From assembly GCA_963803275.1 (NCBI GenBank), contig CAWDLS010000001.1:215020-279019 (forward strand): a stretch of DNA of 64,000 bases, read 5' to 3'. Origin of the DNA: an uncultured Gammaproteobacteria bacterium. GTDB taxonomy: Bacteria > Pseudomonadota > Gammaproteobacteria > UBA9214. The notes beneath the pieces were generated by a model. The model made no database searches. It saw only the letters and a program-made list of their open reading frames with translations, and was not told where the DNA came from. Made by a program: the position numbers and the translations under genes. Numbering within the stretch: position 1 is the first letter of the stretch; each line of letters opens with the position of its first letter. Positions 18,545 to 28,281 of the stretch are shown piece by piece.

Positions 18545-19045
18545 TCAGTCCGCGAAGTCGAGCCGCTCCTGCACCCTGTCGAGACCCCGCTGTGCACAGG
18601 CGGCGTCCTTGTCACCGCCGGGAGCACCACTTACACCGACAGCACCGATCATGGAACCGGCCACACGGATCGGCAGGCCGCCCCCGATGAGCAGCACACC
18701 ATCGAGCTCATTGAGCTCGTCACGGATAGTCGCCATGTTTTCACGCACCTCACCGGACGCCAGACCGGACATCACCACGGCATTGGCCTTGTCATGCGCC
18801 AGCTGCATCATGTACTTGCTGGCAAATACGTCACGCATCACGACCACATCATCGCCGCTGCGGTCTGTCACCACGGCGGCCACCTGGTAGCCCTGCTTGC
18901 GGCAGGCATCGATGGCCCCCTGCGCGATATCGCGTGCAAGCTCCAGGCCGGGCAGCCGTGCCGGTACCACATCCTCCGCGTTCACGGCGATTGCGACCGG
19001 CAAGCAGGTTAACAGCGCAAGGCATATGTGGGGCAAGGTCTTCAT
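18545..19045 (-). CDS. Exported GlcG/HbpS (DUF336) heme-binding family protein
   Basis: Signal peptide; AVVTDRSG, LAHDKANA, GGLPI, GAVGVSGAPGGDKDAACA. Confidence 0.9.
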   Translation of the reverse strand: MKTLPHICLALLTCLPVAIAVNAEDVVPARLPGLELARDIAQGAIDACRKQGYQVAAVVTDRSGDDVVVMRDVFASKYMMQLAHDKANAVVMSGLASGEVRENMATIRDELNELDGVLLIGGGLPIRVAGSMIGAVGVSGAPGGDKDAACAQRGLDRVQERLDFAD

Positions 19046-20058
19046 TGTTCAACCTCCGGTTGCAGTGTTGCTTGTTGAATGCGGACCAGCGTTGCCGGGT
19101 CCGCGACAAGCAGTTGTGCATCCACCAGACGCGGCACCAGGTCACGCCAGCCGGCGTCAGCCCGGAACACCCCGGCGAACACGGACAGCGCGGCATCGAT
19201 CCGCTGCGCGTTGACCAGCGAGACGGCGTGCCAGAACTTCATTTCGACATTACCCGGCGCCAGCGCTTCCGCCGCACCATAATGCGCGAGTGCGCCATCG
19301 ATATCGTTGTGCTCCAGCGCAAGGTCACCGAGATTCATCTGCGCGTACGCGCTATCCAGCGTCAGCAGGCGCCGCAGTTCGCGCAGTGGTTCGGGGTGGT
19401 CCTCGACACGCAGGTTCACCAGGGTATCCTCCCAGGGTCGCTCCGACGCCTGTGCGCGCACCACGAGCAGCGCGGCGGACTGCTTGCCGCGCAGATCCCC
19501 GCCGGCTGCCTGGGCAGCATCCAGGGCCGCCAGCATGCGTTCGGCGAAGCTGCCACGCGCCGCGCGGTAGGCACTGGCCATGGCCTCGGGCACACCGCGC
19601 CTGCGCATCAGGTTGGCCTGTACCGCGAAGTTCTCGCCGGCCAGCTGCCCTGCGTACCGGATACACTGCCGGCCGGTATGCTGGGCGATGCGACCCCGGG
19701 CATCAATCATGCCGACCTGGCGCAGCTCCGGGGTCGGGTCGGCCCGCAGCAGCGTCGCCAGCGCCTGTTCGGCGGACTTGCCCTGCCCCATCAGCTCGAG
19801 ACCCTCTACACCGTAGCGCACATCGATGAACGACTGGGTGGCTATCGCGCCGACGCCGGCCTTTGCCCAGGGCACCAGCGTGCCGACCGAAAACCAGTGC
19901 GACTGCACCGCAACGCCGAGTGCACCGCTGTCCGGATCGCGCGCCACGATGGAATAGGTATGCACCGGGCGGACCGTACCGGGCAATGCCTGTGCCAGCA
20001 GCCGTGGTGCAGGCTGCAACCACCCGATCACCAGCAAACAAAGAATGAGATGGCGCAT
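19042..20058 (-). CDS. DUF1028 (Ntn-hydrolase fold) protein with signal peptide and C-terminal TPR-like region
   Basis: HTYSIVARD..SG.LGVAVQSHWFSVG..VPW...GVGAIATQS; GGDLRGKQSAAL; LRVEDHPEP. Confidence 0.88.
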   Translation of the reverse strand: MRHLILCLLVIGWLQPAPRLLAQALPGTVRPVHTYSIVARDPDSGALGVAVQSHWFSVGTLVPWAKAGVGAIATQSFIDVRYGVEGLELMGQGKSAEQALATLLRADPTPELRQVGMIDARGRIAQHTGRQCIRYAGQLAGENFAVQANLMRRRGVPEAMASAYRAARGSFAERMLAALDAAQAAGGDLRGKQSAALLVVRAQASERPWEDTLVNLRVEDHPEPLRELRRLLTLDSAYAQMNLGDLALEHNDIDGALAHYGAAEALAPGNVEMKFWHAVSLVNAQRIDAALSVFAGVFRADAGWRDLVPRLVDAQLLVADPATLVRIQQATLQPEVEQ

Positions 20059-20130
20059 GTCTTGTCCCCGTCAGGCAAACTGTGCAAACTCGGAACACAC
20101 ACTGCGATTGCAGCGACCACATGCCATAGT

Positions 20131-20718
20131 ATGCGAACTCCACCGCAACATGTAACCCTGACACGTCTGCTGGCGGTCCTGCTGTTCGGCAAGCTGTCGT
20201 GGGTTTCGGCCGCCGCGGACGGACGCACATTCCAGGGGCCGTATATCGAGAACGATGAGCTGCTGGTCGTGCTGATCCCGCGATTACCTGAACAAATGGC
20301 GGCCTTCTACGAGGCACGCGGTTTCCCGCGGGCAGCGATCGAGCGCATCAGACAAACCTGCTTCGTGACCGTGCATATCGAAAACAGGAGCGCGGACGTC
20401 ATCTGGCTGGAACTCGACCAGTGGCGAATCACCAGCGATGGCAAGCCGCTGCCCCGCCTCGATGCCACATACTGGCAGGCACAGTGGGACGATGTCGGCC
20501 TGCGCCAGGCCAGCCGCTCCACCTTCGGCTGGACCCAGTTACCGCCGGTACGCGACCTGCAGCCGGACGAGCCGGTCGGTGGCAACCTGGTATTTCCCGG
20601 TGATACCGGGATTCTCAACATCGAGGCCACCTTTCGCACCGGTCCCGACCGGCACGGTGACACGATCAAGCTGGGCTTCGGCAATATCAGCTGCAGCAAG
20701 GGAGCGCAGAGTCAGTGA
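20131..20718 (+). CDS. Exported hypothetical protein
   Basis: Distal 195 aa of the 594-aa track ORF; signal-like N-terminus; AFYEARGF, TFGWTQLP; 4-nt overlap with the next gene. Confidence 0.75.
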   Translation: MRTPPQHVTLTRLLAVLLFGKLSWVSAAADGRTFQGPYIENDELLVVLIPRLPEQMAAFYEARGFPRAAIERIRQTCFVTVHIENRSADVIWLELDQWRITSDGKPLPRLDATYWQAQWDDVGLRQASRSTFGWTQLPPVRDLQPDEPVGGNLVFPGDTGILNIEATFRTGPDRHGDTIKLGFGNISCSKGAQSQ

Positions 20719-21260
20719 GAGTTCATGCCTGTATTGCCTGTGCCCTGTGGCTGCTGGTGATCCCACTGTCTGGCCGGACTGCCGACCTGCCACCGGGCGT
20801 CATGCGCATTGCCGCAACACCGGCACCCGCACTGCGGCTGGATAATCTCGACGGCAAGCCGTACGACCTCGCCGACACGCACGGGCACTGGCGCTTCGTG
20901 CATTTCTGGGCAAGCTGGTGTGCACCCTGTCGCCGGGAGATGCCCGGTATCCAGCAGCTGGTCACGTTACTGGGTGACACGGACATCGAGATTATTGTCG
21001 TCAACACGGCGGAGTCCGAGGATGAGGCATTCAGCTTTCTCGCTGCAGTCGCACCCGACCTGGTGCCGCTGATGGACGAGGACGGGCTGGTTACAGAAGC
21101 ATGGCAGCCACGCGGCCTGCCCGCGACCTACCTGGTCGACCCGCAGGGTATGATCCAGTACCAGGCACTCGGGGGACGCCCATGGGAAAGCCCGGCTTAT
21201 CTGGCCTTCCTGCAGGGGCTGGAGCAGGGCGTTACAGCCACTCCAGCAGATAAAAGATAA
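20715..21260 (+). CDS. TlpA/ResA-like thiol-disulfide oxidoreductase
   Basis: HFWASWCAPCRREMP; GLPATYLVD. Confidence 0.9.
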   Translation: MRVHACIACALWLLVIPLSGRTADLPPGVMRIAATPAPALRLDNLDGKPYDLADTHGHWRFVHFWASWCAPCRREMPGIQQLVTLLGDTDIEIIVVNTAESEDEAFSFLAAVAPDLVPLMDEDGLVTEAWQPRGLPATYLVDPQGMIQYQALGGRPWESPAYLAFLQGLEQGVTATPADKR

Positions 21261-21477
21261 ACTGCCCTTCAGAGGACTTCGAGGGACCCACCACGCGCGC
21301 GGCATGGCGCTTGTTGTCCGGGTCGGCCGCCACAAGCGCCGCCGCAGCGGTCGCGAACAGCTCCACGCAGCCGGCCGGGTAACGCTTGCGATTCAGGCGT
21401 GGTGTGAATATAACGGCAAAGCGGACCTGTGAAACGCCGGTTTCGGGGTCGGGCGGCACAATCCCGCGCAGGCTCAT
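21232..21477 (-). CDS. Small hypothetical protein (81 aa)
   Basis: GGGGAG site; ATGA overlap with the upstream sixA-like gene; RKRYPAGCV...GPSKSSEGQFIFYL. Confidence 0.7.
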   Translation of the reverse strand: MSLRGIVPPDPETGVSQVRFAVIFTPRLNRKRYPAGCVELFATAAAALVAADPDNKRHAARVVGPSKSSEGQFIFYLLEWL

Positions 21478-21953
21478 GATGCACTCCCCCTGCCGCACAG
21501 TTCCGGACGCAACAACCACGTCAGTACCCAGCGATCATGGTCGATGCGTTCCAGGCACACCACCGAGCCCGGCTGGAAACTGACCAGCTCGCGCTGTTCG
21601 TCGCCCAGCACCAGCAACGAGACCAGTCGTGACATGAACGGCAAGTGTCCGACTACCAGTGTATCCTCCTGCCAGACATCGGCGTCGGCAATGAACCCGG
21701 CAACCGGATCGTTCGGCCCGAGCCCCGCTACCTGCTCGGTTTTCCCGCGCGGCATCATCCGCCGCGCCAGGCAGTCCGCGGTCTGCTGCGCGCGCGGCTT
21801 GCCGCTGTGCCAGACCCGCTGCACCCTGACGCCGGCAGTACCCAGCATGCCTGCGAGACATTCGACCTGTTGCCTGCCCGTCTCGCCAAGCGGACGCTCC
21901 GGGTCTTCTTCCTTGCTGAGCGCCAGGCCATGTTGTGCGAGGTAGAGCCTCAT
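21474..21953 (-). CDS. sixA: Phosphohistidine phosphatase SixA, second paralogue (QHG variant)
   Basis: MRLYLAQHG, ERPL, HSGKPRAQQTA, VVGHLP. Confidence 0.85.
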   Translation of the reverse strand: MRLYLAQHGLALSKEEDPERPLGETGRQQVECLAGMLGTAGVRVQRVWHSGKPRAQQTADCLARRMMPRGKTEQVAGLGPNDPVAGFIADADVWQEDTLVVGHLPFMSRLVSLLVLGDEQRELVSFQPGSVVCLERIDHDRWVLTWLLRPELCGRGSAS

Positions 21954-22337
21954 GGCTGGATTACAGGCATGCTGCCCTGCACCAGGCGGACTGCAACGCC
22001 TGCATCCAACGCACGCCAGGAGTATTGTTCTACCCGGCGGGGACAAACGCCAGGCCGGCGTGCAGGGGCAGTGCCAGGCGGGGTGTGTTTCGGCGCGGCC
22101 CGGCCGTCCGGGTAGAGACGATCGACCAGACTGCTGGACAAGCCTTTCCTGGCTTTGCGGCCACGGAAATCACTCTGCCAGCGTGCTGTACAGGCTGTGA
22201 CCGGCAGTGCGCCAATGTTCAGTGTATTATCTGCACGGATACGTCCTGCATGCATAACCCCTCCATGACCATAACACCATTGCGGCACGCGTTCGCTACC
22301 GTTCCGGATGGCAGTATAGGGCACGGCACGTGCCACT

Positions 22338-23219
22338 TCAGCGTCCGGCGATAAAATCCACCACTACCCTGACCGTCTCCCTGTCACGCAGGATCCGTCC
22401 ATGCCCAAGTCCGCGGGTTTTCAGGAAGCGTGCACCTGGCCAGGCGGCGGCGATGCGGGCACCCTGCTGCCAGGGCACGCTGGTATCGAGTTCATCATGG
22501 ATGATCAGTGCCGGCGAGCTCAGCCGGCGTGCGTTGCTCTCGGTGGCAGTGCGCCCCCAGAAATCATAGTCGAAACGAAGCTCCATCCGCCGTCGCAGGT
22601 CGAGGACCACGGCCGGGTGCATGTTCAGCGTGCGGGCGAAGCTCTCGACCAGGTATTCAACATCCGCGGGTGCGCTGATGCATACCACGCGTTCCACCGA
22701 CAAGCCATGATTCATGGCATAGGCGAGCACCATGCCGCCGAACGAGTGAGTGATAGCCGCAGACAGCGGGCCGAAACGGTGTTGTACTGCAAGTAGCACA
22801 TCGGCACACTCCAGGATATTGGTTCGCTTGCCGGGCGTTGCACCGTGCCCGGGTGCATCCAGCGCGATGGCCTGGTAGCCGGCATTCAGCAATGGCTCGA
22901 CGAACGCGGCCACCTGGCTGCCACGCCCCGACCAGCCGTGTATGAACAGCACGGGCGGGCCCGCACCCCAGCGATACAACGCCACCGGTATATCCCCGAC
23001 CCGCAGCGTTTCACGCATGGCGTTTAGGCTGACCTGCTTGCCGGCGGCCGATTCCGGAAAACGGCGTGTGCGGAACCAGAGGTCGTAGGCCCAGCGTCCA
23101 AGCAGTCGCGGCATGATCGCACCGGCTCGACGGAACAGGAAACGCAGCACGCGCAACTCCGGTGGCACCGGCAGCTCATCCCGGCGTCCACCATGCAACT
23201 GTTCTTTCCGGCCGGCCAT
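22338..23219 (-). CDS. Alpha/beta hydrolase
   Basis: HGWSGRG, DAPGHG, HSFGG nucleophile elbow, IHDELD, GLGHGRIL. Confidence 0.88.
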   Translation of the reverse strand: MAGRKEQLHGGRRDELPVPPELRVLRFLFRRAGAIMPRLLGRWAYDLWFRTRRFPESAAGKQVSLNAMRETLRVGDIPVALYRWGAGPPVLFIHGWSGRGSQVAAFVEPLLNAGYQAIALDAPGHGATPGKRTNILECADVLLAVQHRFGPLSAAITHSFGGMVLAYAMNHGLSVERVVCISAPADVEYLVESFARTLNMHPAVVLDLRRRMELRFDYDFWGRTATESNARRLSSPALIIHDELDTSVPWQQGARIAAAWPGARFLKTRGLGHGRILRDRETVRVVVDFIAGR

Positions 23220-23438
23220 AGAGTTCGATCACCTGGCAGCTAAAATATAGCGCATGCAGACGTGGTACCGGCGGGCCCTTGCCGGTACCCTGCCATCCAC
23301 CCCGATAATACATGATACCCTGAAAAATCATGCCCTTGTTACCGGGACTACCGGTCCGAACAGAAATCCGTATGATGGCCGTCCACTGAACCGTCAACCG
23401 GCAGTAAGCAATCGGGCAACACAGGATTTGGAGCAATC

Positions 23439-23720
23439 ATGGCATCTACAGTAGAAGAACTGACCATCCGGTACGAGGAAGACGGGGTCGAGACCATCAA
23501 GGAACTGGACAGGAAGATCCTGACCAAGGGTGCCTGGTCCACGGTGATCTTCCGCTACCAGGACTGGGACCGCGCAAAGCAGGCCTACGGACCGGACAAG
23601 TACTCGATCCGCCGTTACCAGAAGCGCAACGGCGAGTACCAGCAGAAATCGAAGTTCAACATCTCCAGCAAGGACCAGGCCGAGAAGATCATTGCCGCAC
23701 TGCAGGAGTGGATCAGGTAG
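23439..23720 (+). CDS. Hypothetical protein (93 aa)
   Basis: GGAG site; coding-like codon use; LTKGAWSTVIFRYQDW...SIRRYQKRNGEY...KFNISS. Confidence 0.85.
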   Translation: MASTVEELTIRYEEDGVETIKELDRKILTKGAWSTVIFRYQDWDRAKQAYGPDKYSIRRYQKRNGEYQQKSKFNISSKDQAEKIIAALQEWIR

Positions 23721-24102
23721 CCGGTCGCTGCGGCATCGCGCGGTCGGCAGCAATCGCCGCTGCCAGCCTGTCCCGGGTGACCGGTATTCCGTGCAGCAGT
23801 TCAGTGAATAATTCACGCTGGCGCTGGGAACCGGCACCGTTATCCATATCGGCACGATCGAAATGGTATTGCACGGCCGCCTTGATCATGGCGCGCGGGC
23901 GCTTGCTGATCTCGACCGTGACGCGGCCACCGGCAATGCCCGTCTCGATCTGGCTGGCCAGTTCCAGCAGGGTATAGCGCGCGACTTGCGCGCAGTCTGA
24001 ACCGCCCCGGGGATAGGCGGCAAAGGCATAGTCACGGATTGCGCGGCACAGGATGTCCCTGACCTCATCATCACAGGCAATGGTTATTGTTCCTGCCGCC
24101 AT
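23713..24102 (-). CDS. Hypothetical protein
   Basis: 129-aa ORF with coding-like composition, convergent on the previous gene. Confidence 0.7.
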   Translation of the reverse strand: MAAGTITIACDDEVRDILCRAIRDYAFAAYPRGGSDCAQVARYTLLELASQIETGIAGGRVTVEISKRPRAMIKAAVQYHFDRADMDNGAGSQRQRELFTELLHGIPVTRDRLAAAIAADRAMPQRPAT

Positions 24103-24233
24103 GCACCCATTCTATGGAAAACGTCGCCGGCGTGGCATACGCGGCGGTGTCGATAACCGGGCCTGCCGGGTCAGGTGATTTCTATGGATCGGCCGCGTGC
24201 TGTCCAGCCAGGTCAGGGGGAGTACCGCGCGAG

Positions 24234-24410
24234 CTATTCGTCGGCGAACACGTCGTAGAGTTGTTCCTTCAGAATGGCGTCTTCCTGCATGATCTCGAGC
24301 TTGCGCCTGGCCAGCGCCTTGCGCAACGCCTTAAGGGCGGCCATACCCTTGCGGCGTTTCTTTCTGCTGTTTTTTCGTTTCGGAACCACATCCTGAGTGA
24401 CGGCGCTCAT
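24234..24410 (-). CDS. Small basic protein, loosely PA3496-like
   Basis: AAGGGGGG site; K/R-rich N-terminus and ARRKLEIMQEDAILKEQLYDVF end. Confidence 0.6.
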   Translation of the reverse strand: MSAVTQDVVPKRKNSRKKRRKGMAALKALRKALARRKLEIMQEDAILKEQLYDVFADE

Positions 24411-24714
24411 GATTTCCCCCCCTTGGGACACCGGCAGCGGGCCCGCCGGCTGGACACTGGAGGCTATCGGCCGCGGCGGAAATCGTCTTTAAGACGGTGC
24501 ACAGCGGCAGGAATACCGGCGCAAGCACGTGCACTGCCCACGTAATAACTGCTATGTCTATACTTTCATTACCTTTATCGCGCCTGATTACTGTCCTGCC
24601 CGACCAGGCAGCCACAGATGTCGCCGGCGTCGTCGATGCGGATTACTGCCGGATCCGGGCTATCCTGAACCCGGACAGCAGCGGGCAGGTCATACCAGGC
24701 GAGGTGAGAGAAAC

Positions 24715-25218
24715 ATGAAGATAGCGAAAATACTGTCAGGCCTGGTCCTGCTGACTGCGATACTTCCCGGGGTATGGGCCGCCCAGGTGTACACCTGGAC
24801 CGACGCCGACGGCATCACCCATTTCAGCGAGACACCCCCGGCCGACGAACAGCTTGAGCACACCGTGCGGGAAATCGAACCGGCGCCGGTCAGCGGCACG
24901 CCTGCTGATGATGATTACTATTCCGTGGCCAACCAGGCGGCACGCATGGAGGCACGCCGCCTGGAGAGGGAACGGATCCGCGCGGAAATCCTCAAGGCCG
25001 AGGCCGAAGCAAGGCGGGCGGATGCAGATGCCGAAGCGGCTGCCCGTGAGCAGGCGGCCGAACAGGCCCGGGACCATGACACCGGCTACTTCCCGCTGTA
25101 TCCCTACTATCCCTACCACGGTTACCGGCCCTACCCGTCCCCTCGCTTTCCGCCGCCGCGCAAACCGCACCGGCCATCACACCACAAAAAGCTGGTCGTG
25201 ACCCCGGAACAGCCATGA
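24715..25218 (+). CDS. DUF4124 domain exported protein
   Basis: Signal peptide then VYTWTDADGITHFSETPP; Pro/Tyr/His-rich tail. Confidence 0.85.
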   Translation: MKIAKILSGLVLLTAILPGVWAAQVYTWTDADGITHFSETPPADEQLEHTVREIEPAPVSGTPADDDYYSVANQAARMEARRLERERIRAEILKAEAEARRADADAEAAAREQAAEQARDHDTGYFPLYPYYPYHGYRPYPSPRFPPPRKPHRPSHHKKLVVTPEQP

Positions 25219-25312
25219 ACCCCCCCGGCGTCCCGGCTCAGCGTGCCGGTGTCGAGAAGACGTGTCTGGCCTGCTACACTGCCCAGGTACAAAGCAACGC
25301 AAGGCGGACGGC

Positions 25313-25579
25313 ATGAGTGAAGCGGAAAGTCCGCTGCAGTTTCCCTGTGAATTTCCCATAAAGGCGATGGGGAAAAGCGGCTGCAATCTGGACATGGTGG
25401 TGGTGGAGATCGTACGCCGGCATGTCCCGGACCTGTCCGAAGGTGCCGTCCACAGCCGCGCGAGCACGCAAGGCAACTACGTCTCGGTGACCGTGGTGGT
25501 CAACGCCACAAGCCGCGCACAGCTGGATGCCATCTACCAGGACCTGGTCGAGTGCGAAACTGTCATCATGGCACTGTGA
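25313..25579 (+). CDS. ybeD: YbeD/DUF493 family protein
   Basis: [13 protein letters not shown]...GNYVSVTV...QLDAIYQDL; upstream of lipB. Confidence 0.9.
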   Translation: MSEAESPLQFPCEFPIKAMGKSGCNLDMVVVEIVRRHVPDLSEGAVHSRASTQGNYVSVTVVVNATSRAQLDAIYQDLVECETVIMAL

Positions 25580-25589
25580 AGACCGCCGC

Positions 25590-26234
25590 ATGAACAGCCG
25601 CTCCGAAGCCGTCGCCAGCAGCGCCACACCGGGGTTGCAGGTCCGCCAGCGCGGCCTGCTCGACTACCGACAGGCCTGGCTGGAGATGCAGGCATTCACC
25701 GAACAGCGCACGGAAACCACGCCGGACCAGCTCTGGTTACTCGAGCACCCCCCGGTGTTCACCCTGGGGCGCAACGGCAGCGAAGAACACCTGCTTGACC
25801 CCGGCGGCATACCCGTCATCCGGGTGGACCGTGGCGGTCAGGTCACCTACCACGGCCCCGGGCAACTGGTGGTTTACACCCTGCTCGACATCCGGCGCCG
25901 GCAACTGGGTGTACAATCCCTGGTCAACCGGCTGGAACAGGCGGTGATCGACCTGCTGGCCGGGCACGACATCCACGCGCACCGCCGCCACAAGGCCCCG
26001 GGTGTGTACGTCGAGGGCCGCAAGATCGCCGCGCTGGGGCTCCGTGTCCGTAAGGGCTGCAGCTTCCATGGTCTCAGCTTCAATGTGAATATGGACCTGG
26101 CGCCGTTCACCCGCATCAACCCGTGCGGCTACCGCGACCTCGAGGTAACCCAGCTGGCCGACCTCGGCGTGGCCGCCACGGTGGCCTCGATCAGCGGCCC
26201 GTTACTGGCACACCTGGAAGACCTGTTACAGTAG
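25590..26234 (+). CDS. lipB: Octanoyltransferase
   Basis: [34 protein letters not shown]. Confidence 0.95.
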   Translation: MNSRSEAVASSATPGLQVRQRGLLDYRQAWLEMQAFTEQRTETTPDQLWLLEHPPVFTLGRNGSEEHLLDPGGIPVIRVDRGGQVTYHGPGQLVVYTLLDIRRRQLGVQSLVNRLEQAVIDLLAGHDIHAHRRHKAPGVYVEGRKIAALGLRVRKGCSFHGLSFNVNMDLAPFTRINPCGYRDLEVTQLADLGVAATVASISGPLLAHLEDLLQ

Positions 26235-26239
26235 GCGAC

Positions 26240-27181
26240 ATGAGCACCAGCGAAAAGAAGCAGCGCGGCGCGGCCAAGACCGCACGGATCCCGATAAAGA
26301 TCGAGGCCACCGCACGGCCGCTGCGCAAGCCCGCATGGATTCGCGCCCGCTCGCCGGCCGATCCGGCCGTGGGCCGTCTCAAGGCGGTATTGCGCGAGAA
26401 CCGGCTGCATACCGTTTGCGAGGAGGCCTCGTGCCCGAACATCGGCGAATGCTTTGCCGGCGGCACCGCCACCTTCATGATCATGGGTGATATCTGTACG
26501 CGTCGCTGTCCGTTCTGCGACGTCGCACACGGCCGGCCCGACCCGCTGGATGCGGACGAGCCGGAAAACCTCGGCCGCACCATCCGCGCCATGGGATTGC
26601 GTTACGTTGTGGTCACCTCGGTGGACCGCGACGACCTGCGAGACGGCGGCGCTACCCACTTCAGCGCCTGTATCGAGGCCATCCGCAGACACAGCCCGGC
26701 AATCCGCATCGAGGTGCTGGTACCGGACTTTCGCGGGCGCATGGACCGCGCACTGCAGATACTCAACCGCACGCCGCCTGATGTCTTCAACCACAACCTG
26801 GAAACGGTCCCGAGCCTGTACAAAAAGGTCCGCCCCGGTTCCGACTACGCATGGTCACTCGACCTGCTGCAGCGGTTCAAGGCACTGCACCCGGACGTAC
26901 CGACCAAGTCGGGGCTGATGCTCGGTATCGGCGAGGCGCTCGACGAGGTGGAACAGGTCATGTGCGACCTGCGCGCGCACGACTGCGACATGCTGACGCT
27001 GGGCCAGTACCTGCAACCCAGTGTGCATCACCTGCCGGTGACGCGCTTCGTGCACCCGGGTGAATTCGAGCAACTGGGCGAACTGGGCCGTAACATGGGT
27101 TTCACCCACGTTGCCAGCGGCCCGATGGTGCGTTCCTCCTACCACGCCGACCAGCAGGCAAGACACGCCCTGCTCGACTGA
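26240..27181 (+). CDS. lipA: Lipoyl synthase
   Basis: [12 protein letters not shown] and CTRRCPFC clusters; RSSYHA. Confidence 0.97.
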   Translation: MSTSEKKQRGAAKTARIPIKIEATARPLRKPAWIRARSPADPAVGRLKAVLRENRLHTVCEEASCPNIGECFAGGTATFMIMGDICTRRCPFCDVAHGRPDPLDADEPENLGRTIRAMGLRYVVVTSVDRDDLRDGGATHFSACIEAIRRHSPAIRIEVLVPDFRGRMDRALQILNRTPPDVFNHNLETVPSLYKKVRPGSDYAWSLDLLQRFKALHPDVPTKSGLMLGIGEALDEVEQVMCDLRAHDCDMLTLGQYLQPSVHHLPVTRFVHPGEFEQLGELGRNMGFTHVASGPMVRSSYHADQQARHALLD

Positions 27182-27199
27182 CCGGTTCCGCATCCCCGG

Positions 27200-28210
27200 T
27201 CAGGCCTTTGGCAGCAGCCGCTCCATCAGGTAGCCGAGGCAATCCTGGCGAATGACGCGCTCGTCGAGGGTGAACATCGACGGCATGAACGGACGTACCG
27301 TGCGCAACACGCCGTCGCCGGTAGTGAAATAGCGCTCGAAGACCGGCTGGTCATCGTCATCGCGCACGTCCAGCGACAGCTTCGTGCCAGCGCGCAACCA
27401 GCCCAGCAACGAGCCGGCCGGCAGCTCGCGGAAGTTCAGATGGTCGATATCTTTCACCAGGCGCAGGTCCACCGCATCATCGCCGAAACCAAAGCTCACA
27501 TCATCCGGCACCTTGACGACAGCCACCGTATGGAACAGGTCGACATCGTGTGACGCGATCGGGTGTTCCGGGATCGCACTCATGTGCAGGCAGGCATCGA
27601 GGTAATCACGCGCATGCTCGGTGCCATACTCATGGCCGGGTTTGCCACACTCGATGGTCACCGCCGGGCACACGGACGACATCGCCATCGACTGCACGCC
27701 CAGCGGACGGATGAAATACACCACCGTGCGGCCGAACACCGATGCCAGCTGCAGGAAACGGTTATCGACCCGGTTGATGCACGCATAGTGCGGGTTGATG
27801 CCGGTGTTGTTGTGAACATCGATACTGGCGAACGTCTTGCGCGCACGCATGCGTTCCACCACCTGCTGCATCATGACCGCCTCAGCCACGTCAGGCGTGA
27901 CCGTGCCAGGCCAGATCCGGTTATAGTCGGGCTGCCCGTCCAGCCGGCGCAGCCCCTGGCTGGCGGCCGACACGTTGGCGATGAACACCGAGAGGGCGCG
28001 CGGCAGACCGCCCTGGTGATATTTCTGCAACAGTGACTGCACCGCGTAGAAACCGGCACTTTCGTTGCCATGTGCCAGGACCGTGACGAACAGCGACTCG
28101 GGCTGTCGGCCCGGCAGGTGCAACAGGGTCGGGCCTCCGAGCAGGTCCAGCAGCCCCTCCACCTTCACATCCAGCAGTCCCGCGGGCAGGTTTTCGATCT
28201 CGTTCAGCAT
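27200..28210 (-). CDS. M14 family metallopeptidase (succinylglutamate desuccinylase/aspartoacylase-like)
   Basis: HGNE, DYNRIW, SIDVHNNTG, IECG. Confidence 0.85.
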   Translation of the reverse strand: MLNEIENLPAGLLDVKVEGLLDLLGGPTLLHLPGRQPESLFVTVLAHGNESAGFYAVQSLLQKYHQGGLPRALSVFIANVSAASQGLRRLDGQPDYNRIWPGTVTPDVAEAVMMQQVVERMRARKTFASIDVHNNTGINPHYACINRVDNRFLQLASVFGRTVVYFIRPLGVQSMAMSSVCPAVTIECGKPGHEYGTEHARDYLDACLHMSAIPEHPIASHDVDLFHTVAVVKVPDDVSFGFGDDAVDLRLVKDIDHLNFRELPAGSLLGWLRAGTKLSLDVRDDDDQPVFERYFTTGDGVLRTVRPFMPSMFTLDERVIRQDCLGYLMERLLPKA

Positions 28211-28281
28211 ATTCCGTACATTCAATTCCGCCGAAAACAGGCGTTATCTGCACTAAATTTCATCAACTGCAGCGATTCTGC

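Noticed and set aside
18934-20130. N-terminal 400 codons of the 594-aa plus-strand ORF
   Set aside because: Antisense shadow of the DUF1028 and HbpS-like genes; only the part from 20131 looks like a real protein
21955-22336. 128-aa minus-strand ORF between the hydrolase and sixA
   Set aside because: Low-complexity, no motifs; treated as intergenic
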